NCBI GenBank assembly: GCA_951406725.2
Contig: OX597822.1
Location: forward strand, 15,748,001 to 15,812,000
DNA from: Octopus vulgaris
Taxonomy: Eukaryota
Direction of reading: 5' to 3'
DNA length: 64,000 nt
Every line of letters starts with the position of its first letter. Positions within the stretch are counted from its first letter, which is position 1. The notes under the pieces were generated by a model. The model ran no database searches. It had not been told where the DNA came from and worked only from the letters and a program-made list of their open reading frames with translations. The translations under genes were made by a program, and so were the position numbers. Below, in pieces: positions 55,026 to 64,000 of this stretch.

Positions 55026-55178
55026 ATCCTACTTCTACTCTTTTCTTTCTCTGAGCGTCTTATTAATACATTGCTTGTACCACGTGAAAACGTTTGTTTG
55101 TTTTTTATTCTTTTTCTGTTTTTTAATTGACTGGAGAGAGAGTGAGAGACAGAAAGATACATAAATGGATAATGTATG

Positions 55179-55218
<40 letters not shown>

Positions 55219-55274
55219 GAGGGAGAGAGAGAGGGAGAGATATATACATGTATGTATAAACGTATATAATGTCA

Positions 55275-55400
55275 TGGGCTTCTTTGGGATTCTACCTACC
55301 AAATCCACTCACAGGGCTTTGATCGGTCCGAAGCTTAGGGGCCACGTATTGAAACTGACACCGGCATCATGTGTTTGGGAAAACTACTTACCACGCAGTC
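55275..55400 (-). mobile_element. SINE family A fragment
   Basis: CTACCAAATCCACTCACAGGGCTTTGATCGG...CTACTTACCAC. Confidence 0.7.
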
Positions 55401-55570
55401 ACGTGTACATAAATACATGTATGTGTGTGTGTATTTACGTAAATATAAATATGCACGTATGTGTTTGTGTGTGCGCGCATGCGTGTGCATATGCGTGTGT
55501 GTGTATGTGTGTGAGTGTGTATGTTTGCCTGTCTGTGCATTCGGCAAACGTTGGTGCCTACCGAGGAATT

Positions 55571-55611
<41 letters not shown>

Positions 55612-57509
55612 TTATCTGTCTACCTATCTATCTATCGATCTATCTATCTATTTACCTATATATATATATATATATATATATACACCCATTTCCATCTAAT
55701 AATGAATCATTAGCTCATTAGAATTGTGTTTAATTGCTGTGTACTGCTGCGTTGTTGGCTATGAGAATAATAGACAAAGTAGATCTGAATAATAAATAGG
55801 TGGGCTACAGATTTACAAAAAAAAGATTCAAATTCGGGCATGCCACATTGATAACATAACAAATTATATATTGAATGAAACGGAAATTGTTTCTATGAAC
55901 ACCATCACGAACACTTATCCAAATCTCATTGCACAAGCGGTTTTTGACTATTTTCTTTTTCCATCATTTAAAAGGAAATGGATTGAAAGGAAAATTAGAA
56001 TGTGTTTCCTAATTTTGGAATATATTTTGTTTCTTTATTTTGATGGAAGCCTAGGTTTATGTTAAGAACTGGTTTCTGATGCGTGTTAACGAAGAGAAAA
56101 CCAATGGCTAGCATGCAAAGTCCACTGAGTTTCTATGGGCAGTGTTATCGACTGAAAACTATGTAGCGTGCGTGTAATAAAGAAAGAACAAATAGGACTT
56201 TATGAATAGACTACTGGAGCAGAATTTACGCCAGTTATATGCTGAATTACACAATCTTTCTTCTTGCAAGGTTAATAACCATTTTTGAATTAAATACTCT
56301 ATTATAATAACTTTGGAGGAGAGAAACATAGATAAAGAGAAGACAAAGAATCTAACTAATATCAATAAGTAAAAGCGGGAAACAAAATATAAAGATATGT
56401 AGGAAAAGCGAGTTAAAGAAGCAAGACCTCAGCTCGAAGTGAAGATTGTAATGAAAATAATTATTTGCAGAAGAAGAAGATAAAAAAAAAGTTTAATGTT
56501 GCTTGATAGAGAATAGATGAAAGGGTAAAACGAGATATATAATGAAGGTTAGTGTTAGTGGAAGATCAGGCTAAAACTCCGTTGAATTTACTGGAGTGTA
56601 AAACCAATAAACAGACGTACAAGAATACATATACATAAACATTTAACGACCCACACAGACGCATAAGCACACACGCATTATGCAGACGGGGACACACATA
56701 TATGCATATTCACACATACGCATAGTAACCAAATGAAATGCAAATTTGGTTAGCGTGTCTATCGGCGTTTCAACTTAAGATATTTTCCAAAATAAAAGCT
56801 AGTAAGACCATATTCCGATTATTGCTTCGCAAAACACAAAATAGGAAAAAGAATGACGTTAAAATAGAAAATACAGATGGCTTCCAAATGAATAACTGAT
56901 TTATAATAGGCGATATATCAACGAAATATAATTTCAAGAATAAAGATAACAACTTTGAGGTTTTTATCTCCAATTAATTATAGAATGATATATGATAGCT
57001 TTCGTACAATGGTATAGAATTTGTAATGATTTAATTCGAGCCTAACCTTCGTATTATGAGTAAAATGTAAGATTAAACGGTGATAAGTCGCGTAAAATTT
57101 GCATCGAGAGTATATATCATATTGGCTCTCTTGTCAAAGGATCAATATTATGCATGCTATGTCCATGCTATATTTAGGGCTGACGACCGCTCTGTATAGA
57201 GGCTTACCACCGATATCCAACACATATTAATGTAGCTACACCATCATACTTTTGTGTGCTCAATGTTTTGTTAAAAGCCGAAATGCATGCAGACGTTCTT
57301 ACATACATGAGTGTATGTGTACTTGCGCATGAATGTGAGAGTTTGTCACTGTTAAAAACAGAGTAGTCTGCTTCACTAAGTACTACGAAATTCTTCCAAA
57401 CTCAGTGTCTTCAAATTTCCTGATACTAATTCGAGAATATGATATGAAATAACTACTAAGTCACTGAAGTTGCCGCAGTGACCGAGTAAAACATACAGTA
57501 CAGTGTATG

Positions 57510-57605
<96 letters not shown>

Positions 57606-57687
57606 CTAGCTAGCTAGATTGATAGATAGATAGATAGATAGATAGATAGGTAGATACATACATACATACATACATACATACGTACAT
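57510..57687. repeat. Compound microsatellite (AT)n(GT)n(AGCT)n(GATA)n(CATA)n
   Basis: Directly visible. Confidence 0.95.
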
Positions 57688-58414
57688 GTAGAACGATTAA
57701 AATGAGTGTTCAACACTGCAACACAGCAGGTGGGTGTAATTTCTTTATTTGTGAATTAAGATTACTATTGGTTTCGTTTTAAGAAAAGTAGGAATAAAGA
57801 CAAACAACTTAGTTTTATTGATTTTTATAATCATATAACTATTCCTATGTGATTGTATATATTACAATAGAAAATCAAACGCATACATAACAATTGCATG
57901 TAACGTTCAAATGCCCAAATGATGAAATTGAGATATTAAAGAGAATCAGAGCTATAAAAAACGTAAGTCATTTTAGTATGTACTTTGTCAGGTTCAGAGT
58001 TTCCTTTCTTGAATGAAGGTAGCGTAACGGTAGCACACCCCATGAGCGACAGCGTTGACTGAAGCGAGATTTAAACCAAGATATTAATTCTGTATAGGAG
58101 TACTGAACCCGTGTATTGCAGGCTTAATTTAGCACGGACTTTGACACATCTGCCGTCTCTTGTGTGGCATCAGTGAAGTTCACACTGTTGCATGTATACA
58201 GGCTGAACATCCAGTTTGTAGATAACTCTTTATGTTCTTCCCGACTTGGTTTCTTTGACGAAATTAATGGATCATACACGCAGCCTTTTTCTTGCTGAAT
58301 ACTATCTTCGTGCGGAACATCAAGCTATTTCACACGTTTATTTTACAGACATTCATATCACATGTGAAGTCGAACAGCACCCAACTAATTGAAGATTATT
58401 ATTGGAGACACACG

Positions 58415-58515
58415 CGGTCGACTTTGTCTTTCATCCTTTAGGGGTCGATGAAATAAATACCAGTTACACACTGGGGTCGATGTAGCTCCTTCCCCTCAAA
58501 TTCCAGGCCTTTTGC
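58415..58515 (+). mobile_element. SINE family B core fragment
   Basis: GGTCGACTTTGTCTTTCATCCTTTAGGGGTCGATGAAATAAATACCAG. Confidence 0.8.
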
Positions 58516-58927
58516 TTGCAATACGTTATCGGGTACGGAAGTAGAGATTATTAGAGACACACAAAGTGAAACTGATGACCACATTGCTTAATGAGAAACA
58601 TTATCATGGAAGGAGGCAATTGAACAAGAAGCGTTTACAAGAGAATGAGATTACAAACGACTGAAGATACCCGATTTCAAATGCACCCATAATACCCGCT
58701 ATATAACCAATCATATTCTTCAAATAACCGAACTTTTCTTAGAATGATATTAAACAATAACAACTCCTGATGTATCATATGTATCAAATTTAGTTCCTTA
58801 TAAAATCTAAATAATTAACCAGCGTTGTATAATGCCTAATAAATATTGTTTAATTCCTTCTACTACATCCGTACCCGATAACGTATTTATTTACCTATTC
58901 TATTTGTCTGCTTGCCTGTCTCTCTCA

Positions 58928-58969
<42 letters not shown>

Positions 58970-59449
58970 TCTCTCCCCACGGGTATGTCTAATGCTATTA
59001 AAACATATCCGTCCTGAATATTTCCTTAGGACGAAATGAAGTATTTGTTGCAAGCATTAAACCCACAATCCAACGATCTTACTGATTTCACCGATTTTAC
59101 TGAAATCGCAAGAATTACATGTATAATCCAAAGGATGCACACATGTTAACGTGTTTTCTGAGATATACTTTTACGAAAGCAATAATAGCCATGATATTAC
59201 CATTAAATAACAAGTGATTAAAATAAATATGCATAAATTACATAAATAATTGAGCTTCCACTACTTATACTTACAAAATGATTTAAACGTCTTTACATAT
59301 GTCTGATATGTAATACATGCTAAGATTTTACTTGTATTTTATTTATCATCAGCAATTGATATTGTCTCATTTGAATTGACCTTACAACTGTAAGGCACAA
59401 AAATTATAACTGTTACTCGCTAGCAAGTTGAAATAATATGAACAAGTCA

Positions 59450-59645
59450 GGGCGGGGAGCTGGCCAAAATGCTTAGCGATATTTCGTCCATTTTCACGTT
59501 CTAAGATCAATTTACGCCGAGGTCAACTAAGTCTTTCACGCTTCAGGAGTCGATAAAATAAGTACCAGTCGAGTACTGGGGTTGATGTAATCGACTTATC
59601 AGCAGAATCGAAATTTCTGGCCTTGTACTAAAATTTGAAGCCAAT
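59450..59645 (+). mobile_element. SINE family B copy
   Basis: GGCGGGGAGCTGGC head, GCCGAGGTCAACT...GTCGATAAAATAAGTACCAG core and GGCCTTGTACTAAAATTTGAA tail. Confidence 0.85.
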
Positions 59646-60671
59646 ATTTGGTTACATTACATTATTTTCTAATTTTAGACGATTCAATGATTAACTTTAC
59701 ATTTCATTCTCCGTGGTTCAAGTTTCGGAGTTGTACTTCTCTTTCTTGCAAGTCACTTAATCTGACATATTGCTTTTTATTAATGTTACAATTATACGAC
59801 GGAAGACGACTTATTCTAGCCTTGTAAGGACGCACGAAAACTGTTTTATTGTTATATTATCCATGAAGTATGAAGCATGCAATACCATAATGAAGTAAAC
59901 GTAAGTGAATATAAACGATTTTGCGTGTCTTCCGATAAATAACAAGGCTGTTCACCGATATAAAATTACTCCTCAGTAATTACAAACACGCCATGCTCTC
60001 TACTAGATTCAATTAAGAAGAGTCCGGCTTAAAAACTGTGAAATGATTCTGCTGAAGTTCTTTACATATAACTTCATATAGTGTAATCGAATTATGCATC
60101 TTCATTGAGCTATTAAACTAACATGTTAACAGGTACCATAGTTAAGAATATTTATCCATACAATTTTACACACCCTCACAAAAAAAAAAAAGAAATAAAC
60201 AAGCTTTACAGATACGAAATGTCGAGAGTACTTCCACATACACACATACTAGATTGAGATATCTTCGAAAAGTTCAGATATTCACTTCAATAAGAGATCA
60301 GTTTCGATTTCACGGCAAGTATTCCTAGCGGTAAATGTCTGGAAGAAAACTGTATGTATTTTACATGAAAATGAAGCGTAAATGTTTCACTTGTGCAACT
60401 AACTTTGTTAGAAATAACCGAAAGCGATTGGAGCAATACTCAGCAAGACACCTGCCATATACAATGTAAGAATCCAGGTGATTCCCCAGCAAAAGCTGTT
60501 ATACAACATCAACGCCGCATACAACTAGAATTTGTTCAAGACGCGAACCAAGATGATAATAGTAAATTGCACGTGTCCATGTCACACATCAAATATTTAC
60601 TAGTTACTTTTCCTGCTTATACAGCATATCATCACATACATACATGCATGCCCACTCATACACACACACGT

Positions 60672-60889
60672 ATACTCTTTACTCTTTACTCTTTTATATG
60701 TTTCAGTCATTTGACTGCGGCCATGCTGGAGCACCGCCTTTAGTCGAACAAATCGACCCCGGGACTTGTTCTTTGTAAGCCTAGTACTTATTCTATCGGT
60801 CTCTTTTGCCGAACCGCTAAGTGACGGGGACGTAAACACACCAGCATCGGTTGTCAAGCAATGCTAGGGGGACAAACACAGACACACAA

Positions 60890-60922
<33 letters not shown>

Positions 60923-61091
60923 CATATATACGACAGGCTTCTTTCAGTTTCCGTCTACCAAATCCACTCACAAGGCATTGGTCGGCCCGAGGCTATAGCA
61001 GAAGACACTTGCCCAACATGCCACGCAGTGGGACTGAACCGGGAACCATGTGGTTGGTTAGCAAGCTACTTACCACACAGCCACTCCTGCG

Positions 61092-61094
<3 letters not shown>
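60672..61094 (-). mobile_element. Full-length SINE family A copy
   Basis: Highly similar to 12335-12747 over ~410 bp. Confidence 0.92.
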
Positions 61095-61162
<68 letters not shown>

Positions 61163-61199
61163 ATGTATATTTTTATATATATGTATATATATATATATG

Positions 61200-61246
<47 letters not shown>

Positions 61247-61577
61247 CATGCTCACATATACGTATATATTGCGTTACCTACGATAGAGTGATGCCCTCCT
61301 TCCAGTGATTATAGAAAGTTTTGATTGCTTTTCGGTGCAAACAAAAACGGAACCTGTGACATAAAAATTTATGCGTTTCTTTTAATTGCCACCATAGATC
61401 GATATCTTTATGGTATTCTTTTTAGCTGCTAATATAAAAATAGAGATAGTTAGTCGGTATATGTTGCTGTTTGGTGTAGTTACTATTTTCAGTATTTCCG
61501 AAAAATTTAACACCAACTATGCTGTAGTTCATCATTTTATCGCTGGCGAGACAATAATTTTTTTTTCAAGGAAAATG

Positions 61578-61782
61578 CAGCGAGCAAGCAGAACCGTTAG
61601 CATGCCGGGTAAAATGATTAGCGACATTTTGTTTATGTTCACATTGTAAGTTCAAATTCCGTAGTAGTTGACTTTGACTTTCGTCCTTTCGGTGTCTATA
61701 AAAGTACCAGTTGAACACTCGGTATCGATATAATCGACTTACACGACCCCGCCACATTGCAGGCCTTCTACAAAAATTCGAA
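61578..61782 (+). mobile_element. SINE family B copy
   Basis: GCGAGCAAGCAGAACCGTTAGCATGCCGGG...GTTCAAATTCCG...GACTTTGACTTTCGTCCTTTCGG...AGTACCAG. Confidence 0.8.
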
Positions 61783-63882
61783 CTCAATGTTTTTCAAGAT
61801 AGAGGAATATTGTTGAATAGTAAATCAATTAGCAATTATTTTCACATATTCAAGGTTCACCCGTCTTCTCCTTGAAAATATGCTTATTCGTATTTCAGAA
61901 ACGGAATTTTAATGACATCCTAGTATCATGTTCAAGTAAAACTATTTCAAATAATTTCAAAATTTTTTTACTAGCCATCCCTCAAACCTTAAATAAGCTC
62001 CAGTCTCCAGATACTATGAAATGGATGAGTGACGGAAATTATCGTTTGATATTTATTTCTGAAAGTGAAATTTCTGTCTCATTTTATTCTATTTTTTTTC
62101 TGAATCCAATTCTGATTACGTGGACTGGTTATGCCAAGACAATAAAACAGCGAAATGTTTTACAGTTTGCGATTGTCCTTATTAAGTATTTTACACCTAT
62201 GCACCTATGTACGATGTATGCTTTATAGACAGTTGGATTAATGTATATAAATTGTATTTATAATGTTCGCAGCTATCATTCACAGCTCATGACGGAATTT
62301 TAAATGGAATATTTCTGTAAGTTATTCAGTTATCCTCACAAATAACCAGAGTTGCTTTGTTAGAAAAAAGGAAATAACAGCAGATACACATTCGCCTTCT
62401 ATAGAATAACACGTGCTTTTGCATAAAACATAAGTAACATGCGCTTGCTATCTGTTGGCGGCAATATGCCCCACACAGAAACGATATAAAGAATATCATG
62501 TCTGAAATTCATGATTAGTCTTACGATAAACGACACGATTTTATATTTACCGTAATATCTCATCGGTATATATTTCCCCCCATTATTTTTAGTAGCAATA
62601 TTTTTTTATAAACAGCAATTTCTTGGTATGAAAAATACACGGAGTAAACTTTATAACCAATCATATTATTTCTGCACTCGCCACTATATTGTCTTCCAGA
62701 CACACATAGTTTCACTGCTTTAGTAATAACAAATCTCATAAATATAGAGACAGAATAAAAAAAAAACACATTAAAATGTATTATGAGGCCTTTAATATTT
62801 TCTTCAAATGTATATAAGTTCTTTTCACAAGCTTCGTTATTTGATTGGCTGCTGTTATTTTTTCTTTTAGTTTCCGACGCCGATAATCCATTTTTATGAC
62901 ACGTTTACTTTCAAAATAACTAACTCACTTCTTTTATGTTCTTAACTTATATATAAACTATCAACTTTAATTTGCAATTTCTAACGCAACTCATTCGCCT
63001 GCTAATATATAATTAAAGATTCACAGATTGGAAATATTTTCTGAATTTTAAATTAATAGCAGGAAATGCCTATAGAACTTCGATTCTCCCTTCAGATACT
63101 CCTTATCTAATTTCTCATCCATATCATTTTTACTTTACTACTCCTTTTGTTTTTTGGCGTTATACTAAAATTAAATACTGAAATATAAAAATATTAAATT
63201 AACAAGGAAGTATGAAATATTACAGTGACATTATCTGAAGAATGGTGGCTCCATGTGTTAATAGCAAGGAATTATAAAACAAAAAAATAGCATAAGAGAA
63301 AAGTAGATTCATTGCCGTGTTTATGTGTTGTGTGTGTTTTTTTTTTACCATATTAAAAGTAGCATTTATAAAATGATTACTTGTTTACTGAAAAAAAGAT
63401 GAAAACATGTTGATATTTTATTGAAAGAAGTGCCAATATACGTTCGATATAAATGAGCTTAAAAATCGTAAAATTGCTTTAGCATCTTACTCGCAATGTA
63501 TGACGTCTAAAAAGCATTAAGCGTAGAAACATTACGAAGATAGACAACATTATATAGGGCATTATTCTTCAATATCTATATCCTAATTTAGATATATTTA
63601 TTTCTATACATAAAAGTGTATCTTATTTCGCATAAAATATGTCAATATATAGCAATCATACCTGCATAAATATGTATGTATATATCATTGTGTGTGCGTG
63701 TATATGTATGTATATATATATATATATATATACATGCGTACATATATATGTATATATACATGCATACTTATGCTATGTATATATATATGTGTGTGTGTGT
63801 GCGTATATATATATATATACATACGTACATATATATGTATTTGTACATGCATACATGCATAAATATAAACAAACGCATACAT

Positions 63883-63926
<44 letters not shown>

Positions 63927-64000
63927 ATGTATGTATGCATGCATGTATGTATAGTGAGAATTTACAAAAATAAAGACAAAAGACGAAGACGGATGCGTAA

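Noticed and set aside
63955-64000. Start of another interspersed repeat (similar to ~12150-12185)
   Set aside because: Cut off by the window edge and too short to classify.

Overview
AT-rich, microsatellite-dense animal genomic DNA, most likely an octopus or other coleoid cephalopod (inferred from the SINE families). I found no supportable host protein-coding gene; nearly all ORFs in the track are microsatellite translations or transposon relics. The window holds two tRNA-derived SINE families in many copies, five Tc1/mariner relics, a 5'-truncated R4/Dong-like LINE in a (TAA)n site, and HERO-like and RTE LINE relics. It also holds at least four Penelope-like element (PLE) remnants with RT and/or GIY-YIG motifs. 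The main hidden signal is about ten minimal type I hammerhead ribozyme (HHR) motifs, intact or decayed, most with a palindromic stem III of the dimer-forming PLE type. Some lie in PLE termini and others in small non-coding elements. The latter include a tRNA-headed (Pol III box A/B) SINE carrying an HHR (7720-8065) and a circularly permuted, inverted ~550-nt HHR unit resembling a retrozyme (10840-11730, with a relative at 47044-47528). All calls were made by eye; ribozyme activity and family assignments are untested.
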